Shown here: in pieces, positions 30,720 through 41,470 of the stretch | Layout of the letters: each line of letters opens with the position of its first letter | Numbering within the stretch: position 1 is the stretch's first letter | NCBI GenBank assembly: GCA_963422205.2 | Contig: CAXMWX010000009.1 | Coordinates: forward strand, 1 to 64,000 | From: Gammaproteobacteria bacterium | GTDB lineage: Bacteria; Pseudomonadota; Gammaproteobacteria; Eutrophobiales; Eutrophobiaceae | Length of the DNA stretch: 64,000 nucleotides | Reading direction: 5' to 3' | Notes under the pieces: generated by a model | The model's input: the letters and a program-made list of their open reading frames with translations, nothing else | What the model was told of the DNA's origin: nothing | Databases searched by the model: none | Position numbers and translations under genes: made by a program

Positions 30720-31380
30720 GCCATGCCGCATCGCCCTGTTACTGCTGGTATCGGCCTGTGAGCCTCGGGCCGCTCTTGACTACTTCCCGCTACAGGCCGG
30801 GCTGGAATGGCACTACCAAATCCACAAGACCATATTAAATAAAGGCTTCACCCAAAGAGCTATCATAAGAAGTGTGCCGGCCGAGATCGTGGATGATAAA
30901 ACACGCTACCCACAGGTATCAGCCAACGGCAAGCGCTATCATTTTTTCACGGACAAAGACGGCCTCTACCGGCTGAGGCCAGACGGCAAAACACAGATCA
31001 GAGTCCTCAAATACCCCTTACAGCCAGGCACCGCATGGACGGTACCCACCCGTCTGTTTTTATTCGATCTGCCAAGACAACTGGCAGATGATATGCGAAA
31101 AATCAGCCGTGATATGACGATGGACTACAAGATCAGCAGCATGGAAGATGCCCTGGCAACACCCGCCGGACGCTTTTATGACTGTATGCGGATTGACGGC
31201 ATCGGCTTTGCTGATATTCCCAAACACCTGATGCTGGGCATACGCACGGTCAAAGCCGAAGAGACACAATGGTATTGCCCCGGTGCAGGACTGGTGAAGC
31301 AAGTCAGAAAAGAATATGCCCTGCCAGCACAATACCCGACTGAATACACACAGGAGTTGATCGGCTTTGAACGCTTGTAA
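30712..31380 (+). CDS. Hypothetical lipoprotein
   Basis: Lipobox VSAC; YFPL…W.Y, TPAGRF and WYCPGAGLVK pattern. Confidence 0.75.
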   Translation: MPRPCRIALLLLVSACEPRAALDYFPLQAGLEWHYQIHKTILNKGFTQRAIIRSVPAEIVDDKTRYPQVSANGKRYHFFTDKDGLYRLRPDGKTQIRVLKYPLQPGTAWTVPTRLFLFDLPRQLADDMRKISRDMTMDYKISSMEDALATPAGRFYDCMRIDGIGFADIPKHLMLGIRTVKAEETQWYCPGAGLVKQVRKEYALPAQYPTEYTQELIGFERL

Positions 31381-31463
31381 GGCTGGTCCTGCCAGGCGCC
31401 GCCGGAGAGCGCCCCGATGCCAAGCGATGATCTGTCGGCTGTTTATCTTCCCCAAGGCGCTAT

Positions 31464-32546
31464 TTATCTCCCGGACTTCCTCCGGTTATCTTCCCGGCAA
31501 AGCATCTGGCAGTTGTCCGCTTCCGTTTTGCCACCTTCGCACCAGGGCGTGATGTGATCGGCTTCCATTTGCTCCAGTTCAAAATGCTCATCACACACAG
31601 CGCAAATGCCTTTTTGTCTTTCGTAGGCTTCTCGTTTCTGGCTTGCACTGAAAGAACGGATATTAAGATGCTTTTCCTTGCCGGTTAAAAGATATTCATA
31701 AATACCTTTCTTGGCAGTGACATCTTCGTCTTCCATTAGTTTGGCAATTTCTTCTGCCAATTTTTTAGAGTCAAATTTTTGGCCTTGAAACTGGTTGTAA
31801 TACAGACCCCAAGGCAGCCCTTTCATTTCTTTACGATACTTCGGAAACACCGCCTGCACCCAATTAATCACCGCTTGAAAATAAAGCCACAATTCACTGG
31901 CATTGGGTTCATGCTGGTGTTTGCCCATATAGTCTTCTATCTTATCTCCGCTTAGCCATTTTATCGCCGTCTCAAGGTATTCCTGACGAATGGGCGTGCC
32001 ACTTAAATAATTGCTTCCCAGCCCGTAAGCAGGACAACCCGTTTTGCTGAAATAACGCTTGGCATCGGTCGCCCAGGAACCGGCATACACCGCATTCCTC
32101 AATTCCTGATCGGTCAGTTTCTCGCCCGCGATATTGATGGTCTCGAACCATTCCAGTCTTTCGCTGTCTGTGCCGCTACACAAATACACCGTGAGCCTGT
32201 AGTTGAGAATTTGCGCCTGCTGATCGTCTTGCAGATTATGAAAATAAAGGCCCTGAAAAGAAAAATCCCCTTTTGTATATTGGCAGATTGAAATCGTTCG
32301 CTGCTGCCCGTCTATGATTTCAAAATTGCCATCTTTTCGCACCGCCCAGTACATCACATTCAGTGGAAAATCTTTTTTAACGGTATCAATCACCGCGTCC
32401 CTTTGTTTCTCTTTATAGATAAATTCTCTTTGATAGGGTGGGCGAATATCCAGCCTGCCGCCGTAGCCGGTCACGCCGCTTTCCTGATTATCTTGATAGC
32501 CCTCCGTCAATTCGCGAACGGTGATTTCTTTGAGTTCTATCTTCAT
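31464..32546 (-). CDS. DUF262 (ParB/Srx-like, GmrSD N-terminal-like) plus HNH endonuclease
   Basis: PPYQREF, IIDGQQRT, FETIN; C-terminal CAVC…ADHITPW…NCQMLC…N. Confidence 0.9.
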   Translation of the reverse strand: MKIELKEITVRELTEGYQDNQESGVTGYGGRLDIRPPYQREFIYKEKQRDAVIDTVKKDFPLNVMYWAVRKDGNFEIIDGQQRTISICQYTKGDFSFQGLYFHNLQDDQQAQILNYRLTVYLCSGTDSERLEWFETINIAGEKLTDQELRNAVYAGSWATDAKRYFSKTGCPAYGLGSNYLSGTPIRQEYLETAIKWLSGDKIEDYMGKHQHEPNASELWLYFQAVINWVQAVFPKYRKEMKGLPWGLYYNQFQGQKFDSKKLAEEIAKLMEDEDVTAKKGIYEYLLTGKEKHLNIRSFSASQKREAYERQKGICAVCDEHFELEQMEADHITPWCEGGKTEADNCQMLCREDNRRKSGR

Positions 32547-33112
32547 TTTTTGTTCTTGATGGTGTGTTTGATTTTGATCATGGCGAGATTGAGTTCAATC
32601 GTGGTTTCGCTGCGGGTATCACCGGCAAATTCCTGATTGAGAATATCGCCGATCAACTCCCCACTTCTGGCAATGAGTTTTTCCTGTTCGGATTTGTCTT
32701 TTTCTATCGCCAGAGATTTTGCCACCTTGCTGAATTCCCGCACCTTCGCAAAGGTTTCAATAATCTGCAAGGCGGCTTGCGTGGCCTGCTTTGATTTCAG
32801 GATAGTCGCCAGCATGTACAAGCCTTTTTCGGTAAAGGCTTTGGGAAGTTGCGGGGAGAATTTCAGCTTCTCAAGGTGGTGGAAATTTTCCACCACCTCC
32901 TGTTTTTCCCTTGAGTTGAGTTCGAAGATATATCCCTGCGGAAATTTATCTATATTATTTTTAACCGCCTGGTTGACATCTCGGGTTTGCACGCTGTAGA
33001 TAGCCGCCACATCGCTGTCCAGAATGACTTGATGCCCGCGCAGTTCAATAATAAGTGATGTTATATCGTTTAATATATTCGCTTTATTCAGGTTTTTATC
33101 AGGCTCTTTCAT
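32543..33112 (-). CDS. ORF6N (KilA-N-like) DNA-binding domain protein
   Basis: LRGHQVILDSDVAAIY, VNQAVKNN..KFP, AFTEKGLYMLATILKS. Confidence 0.9.
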   Translation of the reverse strand: MKEPDKNLNKANILNDITSLIIELRGHQVILDSDVAAIYSVQTRDVNQAVKNNIDKFPQGYIFELNSREKQEVVENFHHLEKLKFSPQLPKAFTEKGLYMLATILKSKQATQAALQIIETFAKVREFSKVAKSLAIEKDKSEQEKLIARSGELIGDILNQEFAGDTRSETTIELNLAMIKIKHTIKNKK

Positions 33113-33163
33113 GGTTTTCTATTAAGACTCTCAAATAAGGAACATCGGCAACTCAACTACTCA

Positions 33164-33754
33164 TCATGGCTGGGAGGGTGTAATTCCTCTATTGAGAAAA
33201 TCAACCAGTGGCCTTAATGCTTCCGAGTCTAAATTCCATATTTCCGAATCTTTATAGAAAAAATTTTCTTTTTTCAACTCTTTTTTCTGTTCATTGGTTT
33301 TCGGAAAGGCGTCAACATAGGCGTATATTTTGGACTTTCTAATGGGAAGAGCATAGGTTTTTTCGTATTTTTTCAGACAGTCTTCATATTGCTGAAAGCA
33401 ATCCAAAACCCGCCTGTGTTTATCATTTGCGATACACTCAAGTAACGTTTCAAGGTCTCCGCTCAATGAATTGTCTGGAAGCAGAAAAATATCAAAATTC
33501 AGATTATTATTAGCCTTAAACTTTTCGATATATGCTCTTCTTTCTTGGTAATCATCGTCGGCATCAAAAATGATTTTCACGCTGTGACCTTCGTCATTCA
33601 AGCGCTTTATTGTGGGTGTATTTTTCTCAAGGTTATTCCAACCTCCTACTTCTGTTATCTCAAAGTCAGTGGCTTTGTTTTTATCAAGTCTTACTTCAAT
33701 AAGATCTTCAAGAAACCTCAAATCGCTTTTTCCTTCAACCAACAGCTTGACCAT
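33164..33754 (-). CDS. TOPRIM-fold protein (DUF3226-like)
   Basis: LLVEGKSD, GG, IIFDADD, G.LETLL; follows an ABC ATPase. Confidence 0.75.
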   Translation of the reverse strand: MVKLLVEGKSDLRFLEDLIEVRLDKNKATDFEITEVGGWNNLEKNTPTIKRLNDEGHSVKIIFDADDDYQERRAYIEKFKANNNLNFDIFLLPDNSLSGDLETLLECIANDKHRRVLDCFQQYEDCLKKYEKTYALPIRKSKIYAYVDAFPKTNEQKKELKKENFFYKDSEIWNLDSEALRPLVDFLNRGITPSQP

Positions 33755-33757
33755 GCT

Positions 33758-34873
33758 TTATCTCAATTCAATTTTTTGATCAATGGCATGTTCAAAACTT
33801 TCAAAGTCATACTTATAGGATTTATGTTCCCCGCCAATATCCCTCAATGTATAAACCCTTACCTGTGGTTGAAAATCTTTATTTTTCTCCTGCTCCAACG
33901 CTACTTTTAAAGCCCGAAGCGTCTCGATATTGTGAGTGCTGATAAATAACTGCACATTCAATTCCTGTGAGAGCCGAATCAGGCTGTCCCATAAATCAAC
34001 CAGCGTAGAGAAATGAATACCATTTTCGAGTTCATCTATCAGCACAATGCCGCCTCTGGAGTTATACATAGCCAATAGCAGCGATAAATACCGCCTTACG
34101 CCATCGCCAGATAAATTGAGCGGGATAAGCTGCTGCATACCAACATCCGCATAAATCATTTGATTAGTTCCGAGAGAAATGCTGGTGATTCTTGAATCAA
34201 TCGCCTTTAACATCACAATCAGATTGTCATGCTGTTTATTGACAATCAAATGCTCCAATTCTTTTTGCAGATTTTGGGAAAGAGGTGCCTTGGGCGTCAC
34301 ATAGACACAACGTACACTCTCAGCATAATCACGAGGCGTGACCAGGTTAAAACCAGCAGCAGCTCTATTAAAAGTTAATTTACTTTCGATTTTTCTTTGT
34401 TCTGAATGCTTTTTCTTAATGATTGCATCCAGCACCAATTCATTAATTTCATCTTCTTTTATGGCAGAATCATAGGAAAAATTTTTAACATCAGCCCGCA
34501 CTTTCTCCGCTTGAGCCTTTCTTGTTATTGTGTTTTCAGATGAAGAATAAGGCGAAATGGAGACGGCTCTAAAATCTTCGTCTGTGCCGTTATTCTGCTC
34601 GCCGGACGATGCCCTGATTTTGATGGTATTGTTAAAATCAAGATTGTGGAAAACAAAACCCAAGTCATTTGCTTCACTGAGAAAGAAATCTCTGAAGTTG
34701 TGTATTGTGAGTATGAGTTCAGGATTACTCGCCCCAAAAAGAAGGAATAAAGCCTCCAGCACTGTGGTTTTGGCCGAGTTATTTTTGCCAAGCAAAAGAT
34801 TGATCCTGCCTAAATCTTCGATGTTCAGGTGCCTGATGCTTCTGAAATTCTCTATGTCAATATTTTGGTACAT
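33758..34873 (-). CDS. Soluble ABC-type ATPase (AAA_15/AAA_21-like)
   Basis: IENFRSI, variant Walker A GKNNSAKT, LSGDG signature, LIDELENGIH Walker B/D-loop, ISTHN. Confidence 0.9.
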   Translation of the reverse strand: MYQNIDIENFRSIRHLNIEDLGRINLLLGKNNSAKTTVLEALFLLFGASNPELILTIHNFRDFFLSEANDLGFVFHNLDFNNTIKIRASSGEQNNGTDEDFRAVSISPYSSSENTITRKAQAEKVRADVKNFSYDSAIKEDEINELVLDAIIKKKHSEQRKIESKLTFNRAAAGFNLVTPRDYAESVRCVYVTPKAPLSQNLQKELEHLIVNKQHDNLIVMLKAIDSRITSISLGTNQMIYADVGMQQLIPLNLSGDGVRRYLSLLLAMYNSRGGIVLIDELENGIHFSTLVDLWDSLIRLSQELNVQLFISTHNIETLRALKVALEQEKNKDFQPQVRVYTLRDIGGEHKSYKYDFESFEHAIDQKIELR

Positions 34874-35004
34874 AATATTTTTGAGTTGTAAATTTCGGTT
34901 TTTTGGTCGATAGCTCTATCACAATTATATCGTAATTTTTACACTCACCATCTTTTGTTTTTGAGGATCATTCGGGCAGATATCCAGCATGGGGCCGTAG
35001 GCGG

Positions 35005-36087
35005 TCACGCCGCCCTCACGCGGTGGCGGATGAGAATGCGGGCATAAGGAACATCCACAACTCCGTTTGTAATCATATACAAGTCTCCGTCTACTGCACC
35101 TCTTTTTTGGATTTCTTTTCTATACTTTTTGTGTTCTAGTTTATAGGGTCTTACTCCAATCTCTATTCCAGAATTAGATATGCCTAAGCCAATTATCTCA
35201 AACTGCTCCGGGTTGTATTTATCCAGGAAAGTAATCGGTACGCCCATTGCCCCATCCCAGTCCATGGGAATGTCTTTGACCTTATCGACGTTAATCGCAT
35301 CGTAGTTGTCATATCGGGGATATTCTTCGGGGGTGTAGGTTTTGTATAAAATCAGATCCTCGTGGCGTTTGACATGGTCGAGGTTGGTGAACCAGATACT
35401 TTGGGAACGACCTTTCACAACTCCATCTACAATCTTATACGAACTCCCCTGTTTCCCTTTGTCCTGCAATTCTTTTGCGTAATCTTTCGGTACATCAAAC
35501 AACAAGTCTCTGCTCATTGGCGTGTTGCCAACCCACAACCTATTTTCCTTTATGAGCGGGAAAATTTCTTTATAGGTGATGGCATTTTTATTTCCGATAA
35601 CGACAAACTTCTTCTCATATTCCATCAACTGCGCCACATATTCCCGAAACAGCGAAAAAGGCGGGTTGGTGACCACAATATCGGCCTGCTGCAAGAGGGC
35701 AATCGCCTCAGCGCTCCTGAAGTCGCCATCGCCTTGCAAGTGATGAATGCCGATTTCTTCGGGGTCGGGCACGCGGTTAGCGTTTTCATCGCCCTCGTAT
35801 TCAAGATAGATCGCCTTTTCAGCATCGTGCCGGCTGAACAAATCCATATCCTGGTTCTTGTAACAGGTGGTGATGAGTTTTTTCAGTCCCAGCGCTTCAA
35901 ATCCATAGGAAAAATAATGAAAGAAATTACTGATGCGCGGATCATCGCAGTTGCAATAGACCACCTTGCCCTTGAAGTGCTTTTTATAGTGCCGCAATTC
36001 AGCTTCTATATCGGCCAACTGCGTATAGAACTCGTCTTTTTTACCTACCTTGGCCCGGTGCAGGCTCCGGTTAAGTTTATCCGGCAT
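35005..36087 (-). CDS. Adenine-specific DNA methyltransferase, EcoRI family
   Basis: DEFYT, VYCNCDDP, GDGDFRS, VVTNPPFSLFREY, MGVPITFLDKYNP. Confidence 0.93.
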   Translation of the reverse strand: MPDKLNRSLHRAKVGKKDEFYTQLADIEAELRHYKKHFKGKVVYCNCDDPRISNFFHYFSYGFEALGLKKLITTCYKNQDMDLFSRHDAEKAIYLEYEGDENANRVPDPEEIGIHHLQGDGDFRSAEAIALLQQADIVVTNPPFSLFREYVAQLMEYEKKFVVIGNKNAITYKEIFPLIKENRLWVGNTPMSRDLLFDVPKDYAKELQDKGKQGSSYKIVDGVVKGRSQSIWFTNLDHVKRHEDLILYKTYTPEEYPRYDNYDAINVDKVKDIPMDWDGAMGVPITFLDKYNPEQFEIIGLGISNSGIEIGVRPYKLEHKKYRKEIQKRGAVDGDLYMITNGVVDVPYARILIRHRVRAA

Positions 36088-36261
36088 ATACTATTCGCCT
36101 TGGTTGAATCGCTGGGGCAGCATCATAGCTTGCTTCAAAGCCCCTTGAACAGGGCAAACATCATGATGATGACCCGGCAGATAAGGAAAGCTGCTTGCCA
36201 GCGAGAGGGCCTGCAATGCCATCATCCCGCCGCCCGGCAACCAGGCAATGGCGATTTTGAT

Positions 36262-36337
36262 TGGTGGGTCGTGCAGGAATCGAACCTGCGACCAACTGAT
36301 TAAAAGTCAGCTGCTCTACCGGCTGAGCTAACGACCC
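36262..36337 (-). tRNA. tRNA-Lys(TTT)
   Basis: GGGTCGTTAGCTCAG…CTTTTAA…GGTTCGATTCC…CACCA: 76-nt cloverleaf with encoded CCA. Confidence 0.98.
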
Positions 36338-36519
36338 TCATCGCAATGACACCACGACACATCCATCCCTGGCGCCCGGGTATCGCATGTTGCGGCATCG
36401 GGTGTTGAAAAGCGGCGATGATACCGAAGTTCTACAGCAGGGTAAAATGCGATTCAGCACTTGAAATTTGCAGGCTTCAACCCTATTTTGCCATTTTTTC
36501 AAGGTGTGAGGCGAAATCC

Positions 36520-36858
36520 ATGCCCATTTATGAATACCAGTGTGACGATTGCGGCCAGAAATTGGAAAAATTGCAGAAAATTTCTGATGCCGCACTCACG
36601 GATTGCCCGGATTGCGGTACGGCCAGCCTGAAGAAGCTGGTCTCCGCCGCCGCCTTCCGGTTAAAAGGTGCTGGCTGGTATGAGACGGATTTCAAGGAAG
36701 GCAAGTCGCAGAAAAATCTGGTCAAGCCTGACGATAAACCCGCAACAGACAAGGATGAGAAAGGCGCCGATAAAAAAGACACGCCCGCAGAGAAAAAAGA
36801 GGACGATAGCGGCAAGACGACAACTAAAAAAGCCACCAGCGAGAGCACGACCGACTAG
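36520..36858 (+). CDS. FmdB family zinc-ribbon protein
   Basis: MPIYEYQCDDC…CPDC…FRLKGAGWYETDF; typical upstream neighbour of aspS. Confidence 0.93.
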   Translation: MPIYEYQCDDCGQKLEKLQKISDAALTDCPDCGTASLKKLVSAAAFRLKGAGWYETDFKEGKSQKNLVKPDDKPATDKDEKGADKKDTPAEKKEDDSGKTTTKKATSESTTD

Positions 36859-37011
36859 CGCACAGATTGCAGGCTCGGTCTGGCGGCGGGCATGATACCG
36901 CTGCTCGTCCCTGATGCGACATTATATAGTCGCTGCCCAGATGCGGTTGCCTAAACGAGGGCTGGCTCGTAAGATGCCCGCTTTCCCCAGCCAGCCAACT
37001 TGAGACCCACC

Positions 37012-38796
37012 ATGCGTAGTCATTATTGCGGAGAGCTGACCACCGCCCTCATTGAACAAGACATTGCCCTGTGTGGCTGGGTGCACAGACGCCGGGATCA
37101 CGGCGGCGTGATCTTTATCGATCTGCGTGATCACCAGGGCCTGGCACAGATCGTCTTTGATCCGGATCGGGCCGAGCCGTTTGCCATCGCCGATCGTATC
37201 CGCAACGAATACGTCATCCGCATCACCGGCAAGGTCAGACACCGGCCGACCGGCACAGTCAACCCGGACTTGGCCACGGGCGAAGTCGAGGTGCTGGCCT
37301 ACAGCATTGAGATCCTCAACCAGGCCAGCACACCGCCGTTTCAACTGGACGATGAACAGGTACACGATGACATCCGCCTGCGCTACCGGTATATCGATCT
37401 GCGGCGTCACCAGATGCAGCACAACATCCGGCGGCGCCACCAGATCACCCGCTGCCTGCGCCAGTTTCTTGACGAGAGTGGTTTTATCGACATTGAAACG
37501 CCGCTGCTGACTCGTGCCACGCCGGAGGGTGCGCGCGATTACCTGGTGCCCAGCCGCACCCATACCGGCGAGTTTTTCGCCCTGCCGCAATCGCCCCAGT
37601 TGTTCAAACAACTGCTGATGATCGCCGGCATGGATCGGTATTATCAAATCGTCCGTTGTTTCCGTGATGAGGACCTGCGCGCTGATCGCCAGCCGGAGTT
37701 TACCCAACTGGATATCGAATTGTCCTTTGTTGATGAGGCCGGGATCATCGATCTCATGGAGGCGCTGCTGTGCCAAGTGTTCAAGCAAGTCAGGGGCGTT
37801 GATCTGCCAAGGCCGTTTCCGCGCATGCGTTATGCGGATGCCATCGCCAACTTCGGCACCGACCGGCCCGATTTACGTAACCCGCTGCGTTTGACAGAGC
37901 TAAGTGATGTCATGAAGAGAGTGGAGTTCAAGGTCTTCTCCGGCCCGGCGGCCATGGCGGATGGGCGCGTGGCCGCCTTGCGACTGCCACAGGGCGGCCA
38001 GCTAAGCCGCCGGCAGCTTGATGAGTACACGGCTTTTGTCGGTCGGCATGGCGCCAGCGGCCTGGCTTATATCAAGATCAATGCGCTGGCCGAGGGTCGT
38101 GCCGGCTTGCAGTCGCCGATCTTGAAATTCCTGCCCGATGCGGCTCTGAACGCCATCCTCAAGCGCACGGCAGCCGAGGACAACGATCTGATCTTCTTCG
38201 GGGCGGACAAGGCCAGCATAGTCAACCATGCCCTGTCTGCCTTGCGTGATCTTCTGGCCGAAGACCGGGCGCTGCTGAGCGGGGATTGGGCGCCCCTGTG
38301 GGTGGTGGACTTTCCGATGTTCGAATACCGCAAGGATGAGAAGCGCTGGCACGCCCTGCATCATCCGTTCACCGCGCCGGTCAATCCAGACCCGGCCGCC
38401 CTGACAGCCTCGCCCGACCAGAGCGTCTCACGTGCTTATGATCTGGTGATGAATGGCCTGGAGTTGGGCGGCGGCTCCATCCGTATCCACGATGCCGAAC
38501 TGCAAATGAGCGTGCTTTCGCTGCTGGGCCTGGATGAGGATGAGGCACAGGAGAAGTTTGGCTTTCTGATCAATGCCTTACGCTATGGCTGCCCGCCCCA
38601 TGGCGGTATCGCCTTCGGCCTGGATCGGCTGGTCATGCTGCTGGCCGGGGCGAGCAGCATCCGGGAGGTCATCGCCTTCCCCAAGACCCAGACAGCCAGT
38701 TGCCCGCTGACCGCCGCCCCCTCGGCGGCCAGCCGCCAGCAGCTGCGCGAGTTGGGCATTAAACCGATAAAAGCCGACAAACCGTCCGGGCGATGA
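37012..38796 (+). CDS. aspS: Aspartate--tRNA ligase
   Basis: [42 protein letters not shown]. Confidence 0.99.
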   Translation: MRSHYCGELTTALIEQDIALCGWVHRRRDHGGVIFIDLRDHQGLAQIVFDPDRAEPFAIADRIRNEYVIRITGKVRHRPTGTVNPDLATGEVEVLAYSIEILNQASTPPFQLDDEQVHDDIRLRYRYIDLRRHQMQHNIRRRHQITRCLRQFLDESGFIDIETPLLTRATPEGARDYLVPSRTHTGEFFALPQSPQLFKQLLMIAGMDRYYQIVRCFRDEDLRADRQPEFTQLDIELSFVDEAGIIDLMEALLCQVFKQVRGVDLPRPFPRMRYADAIANFGTDRPDLRNPLRLTELSDVMKRVEFKVFSGPAAMADGRVAALRLPQGGQLSRRQLDEYTAFVGRHGASGLAYIKINALAEGRAGLQSPILKFLPDAALNAILKRTAAEDNDLIFFGADKASIVNHALSALRDLLAEDRALLSGDWAPLWVVDFPMFEYRKDEKRWHALHHPFTAPVNPDPAALTASPDQSVSRAYDLVMNGLELGGGSIRIHDAELQMSVLSLLGLDEDEAQEKFGFLINALRYGCPPHGGIAFGLDRLVMLLAGASSIREVIAFPKTQTASCPLTAAPSAASRQQLRELGIKPIKADKPSGR

Positions 38797-38809
38797 TGAC
38801 CGACTTGCG

Positions 38810-38830
38810 TTAGTGTAATTTATACACTAA
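38810..38830. promoter_or_regulatory. Putative NrtR operator
   Basis: Perfect 21-bp palindrome TTAGTGTA-N5-TACACTAA directly upstream of nrtR-nadA. Confidence 0.8.
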
Positions 38831-38863
38831 GATTTGCGTGTATCAACAGCACGCAAGGCCGTT

Positions 38864-39529
38864 ATGTACCACTATCCCTGCCCGCATCCGGCGGTTACCA
38901 CCGATATCGCCCTGTTCACTGTCCAGCAGCAGCAATTACAGGTCGTGCTGATTCGGCGCGAAAACCCGCCTTACCAGAACCAGTGGGCGCTGCCCGGCGG
39001 CTTTGTCGATAGTGAAGAAGACCTCGATAGCTGTGCGGTACGTGAACTGGAAGAGGAGACCGGCATCAGCGGTATTTACTTAGAGCAGCTGTATACCTTT
39101 GGCCAGCCCGACCGTGACCCCCGTGAGCGCGTCATCACCATCGCCTACTATGCGCTGATGGCGGCCAGCCAGCTCGCCCTGCGCCCGGCCAGCGATGCCC
39201 GCACCGCCGCCTGGCATCCGGTGACAGACTTGCCCGGCCTCGCCTTTGATCATGCCGACATCATTGCCCTGGCACAGCAACGCCTGGCAGCAAAACTGGA
39301 TTACTCCACCATCGCCTTTAATCTCATGCCGCCCCGTTTCACGCTCAGCGAGCTGCAACAGGTCTATGAGATCATTCGCAATGAGCCGCTGGACAAGCGC
39401 AATTTCCGCAAACGGGTGATGGCCTATGACTGCCTGCAGGAGACCGGCGAGAGACGCCGTAACGGCAGCCACAGGCCGGCCATGCTCTATAAGGTCAAGA
39501 CCCCCGGACAACTCGCCATCGTCAAGTGA
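38864..39529 (+). CDS. nrtR: Nudix-related transcriptional regulator NrtR
   Basis: [32 protein letters not shown], winged helix DKRNFRK; precedes nadA. Confidence 0.9.
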   Translation: MYHYPCPHPAVTTDIALFTVQQQQLQVVLIRRENPPYQNQWALPGGFVDSEEDLDSCAVRELEEETGISGIYLEQLYTFGQPDRDPRERVITIAYYALMAASQLALRPASDARTAAWHPVTDLPGLAFDHADIIALAQQRLAAKLDYSTIAFNLMPPRFTLSELQQVYEIIRNEPLDKRNFRKRVMAYDCLQETGERRRNGSHRPAMLYKVKTPGQLAIVK

Positions 39530-39532
39530 GCG

Positions 39533-39576
39533 GCGAGATGAGAAGCGAGATGAGAAGCGAGATGAGAAGCGAGATG
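39533..39576 (+). repeat. 12-bp tandem repeat (GCGAGATGAGAA)x3.7 spanning the nadA start
   Basis: Perfect copies at 39533, 39545 and 39557, partial at 39569; each contains an in-frame ATG. Confidence 0.95.
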
Positions 39577-40635
39577 ACACTCAAAGACTATCGTCTGCCC
39601 GCCAGCCAGGTGCCGGAGACCGTCCATGAGCAGCTTGATGAGGCAAAGCGCCAGATCAAGATCGAACGGATCAAGACCCTGCTTGAGCAGCAGAACGCCG
39701 TGCTGGTGGCGCATTACTACACCGATGCCGAGCTGCAACGGCTGGCCGCTGCCACCGGCGGGCATGTGTCGGACTCGCTAGACATGGCACGATTCGGGCA
39801 TGAGTCTGACAAAGACACCCTGATCGTCTGCGGCGTGCGTTTTATGGGCGAGACGGCCAAGATTCTGAATCCGGAAAAACGGGTGCTGATGCCGGATCTT
39901 GCGGCCGAGTGCTCGCTTGATCTTGGCTGTCCTGCCGATGAGTTTACCGCCTTTTGCGATGCCCGCCCTGAACATACGGTGGTGGTCTACGCCAATACCA
40001 GCGCAGCAGTGAAGGCGCGCGCCGACTGGATGGTCACCTCCGGCAGTGCGGTGGACGTGGTGAGATACCTGGCCGATAAAGGCGAGCCGATTATCTGGGC
40101 GCCGGACAAATATCTGGGCGAGTACGTGCAGCAACAGAGCGCCGCCGAGATGTTGCTGTGGCAGGGGAGTTGCGTTGTGCATGAGGAGTTCAAGGCACGG
40201 GAGCTGGCCGAGTTGCGCCAGGACTACCCGCAGGCCAGGGTGCTGGTGCATCCGGAATCACCGGCGGGCGTGGTGGCACAGGCCGATGTCATCAGCTCCA
40301 CCACGGGGATTATCAAGGCCGTCACCGAGCTGGACACAGACACCTTCATCATCGCCACCGACAAAGGCATCTTCCACCAGTTGCAACTGGCCGCCCCGGA
40401 GAAGACCTTTATTGCCGCCCCGACTGCCGGCCACAGCGCCACCTGCAAAAGCTGTGCGTACTGCCCCTGGATGGCGATGAACAGCTTGAGCAAGCTGCTG
40501 CACATACTGCAAACAGGCGAGCATGAGATCCGGCTGGATGCCGAGATTATTGACCAGGCCCGCCGCCCCATCACCCGGCTGCTGAAGTTCACCCAGGAAC
40601 ACCAGCCGCCGGTCTATGGCAACAATGATGCTTGA
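39574..40635 (+). CDS. nadA: Quinolinate synthase A
   Basis: [36 protein letters not shown]. Confidence 0.98.
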   Translation: MTLKDYRLPASQVPETVHEQLDEAKRQIKIERIKTLLEQQNAVLVAHYYTDAELQRLAAATGGHVSDSLDMARFGHESDKDTLIVCGVRFMGETAKILNPEKRVLMPDLAAECSLDLGCPADEFTAFCDARPEHTVVVYANTSAAVKARADWMVTSGSAVDVVRYLADKGEPIIWAPDKYLGEYVQQQSAAEMLLWQGSCVVHEEFKARELAELRQDYPQARVLVHPESPAGVVAQADVISSTTGIIKAVTELDTDTFIIATDKGIFHQLQLAAPEKTFIAAPTAGHSATCKSCAYCPWMAMNSLSKLLHILQTGEHEIRLDAEIIDQARRPITRLLKFTQEHQPPVYGNNDA

Positions 40636-40654
40636 CAGCCACTAGGCCGTCATC

Positions 40655-41332
40655 ATGTCCTGCACGGAGGCCGCCATCGTGCTGGTACACGGCCTGTGGG
40701 TCAATGGCCTGGATATGGCCTTGTTGCGCTACCGGCTGGTGCGGTACGGGTTCGATACGTATCAATTCAGCTACCGCAGCGTGCGTGACGCACCAGCGAC
40801 CAATGCAGAACGACTCGCCGGGTTCATCCGCACACTTGACCATCCCGTGGTGCATTTTATCGGCCATAGCCTGGGCGGTATCGTCATACGGCATTACTTC
40901 GCCGGGCGCCATGACCACCGACCCGGCCGCATCGTCACCCTGGGCACACCGCATCAGTCAAGTCAGGCCGCCAGGGCATTGCTGCGCTTCAGGCCGACAA
41001 GGCGGCTGCTTGGCAAAAGCGTACAGGCCGGCCTGGCCGGTGCCATCCCGCCCTGGGAGGGCCGATGCGAACTCGGCAGCATTGCTGGCAGCGTGCGATT
41101 GGGCCTCGGTCTGATGATGGCGGGAGTCCCTCAACCCAGTGATGGCACGGTGGCCGTGGCCGAGACCCGGCTTGAGAACATGGCCGATCATCTCATCATC
41201 CGGGCCTCGCACCTTGGCCTGTTGCTATCACGGCAAGCGGCCTGGCAATGCGAACACTTCCTGCGACAGGGCCGGTTTGAGCATGGTGGTGGCAGATCAG
41301 CAGAGGATAAAATTACCCCGAGGGAAAAATAG
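40655..41332 (+). CDS. Alpha/beta hydrolase
   Basis: VLVHGLW, GHSLGG, SDGTV, catalytic His. Confidence 0.9.
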   Translation: MSCTEAAIVLVHGLWVNGLDMALLRYRLVRYGFDTYQFSYRSVRDAPATNAERLAGFIRTLDHPVVHFIGHSLGGIVIRHYFAGRHDHRPGRIVTLGTPHQSSQAARALLRFRPTRRLLGKSVQAGLAGAIPPWEGRCELGSIAGSVRLGLGLMMAGVPQPSDGTVAVAETRLENMADHLIIRASHLGLLLSRQAAWQCEHFLRQGRFEHGGGRSAEDKITPREK

Positions 41333-41470
41333 CAAACGACAGAGGCGTTAAAACGGCAAGGGAGGAAGATGTGTATAAGGCTTGCGTTTTCAGTCGAATT
41401 TTTCTTGTGTTTGAAGTGTTCCTGAAAAGTTGAGATACTGATTGTCATCAAAACAGGTTAATCAGGATAG

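Noticed and set aside
31380-31464. att-site duplication of the tRNA-Lys 3' end or an integrase bounding the defence islet
   Set aside because: No tRNA fragment or integrase gene seen, so it is not called an integrative element.
35362-37788. Antisense ORFs of 313 aa and 288 aa over the MTase/tRNA and aspS
   Set aside because: They overlap well-supported genes on the opposite strand and have no motifs.
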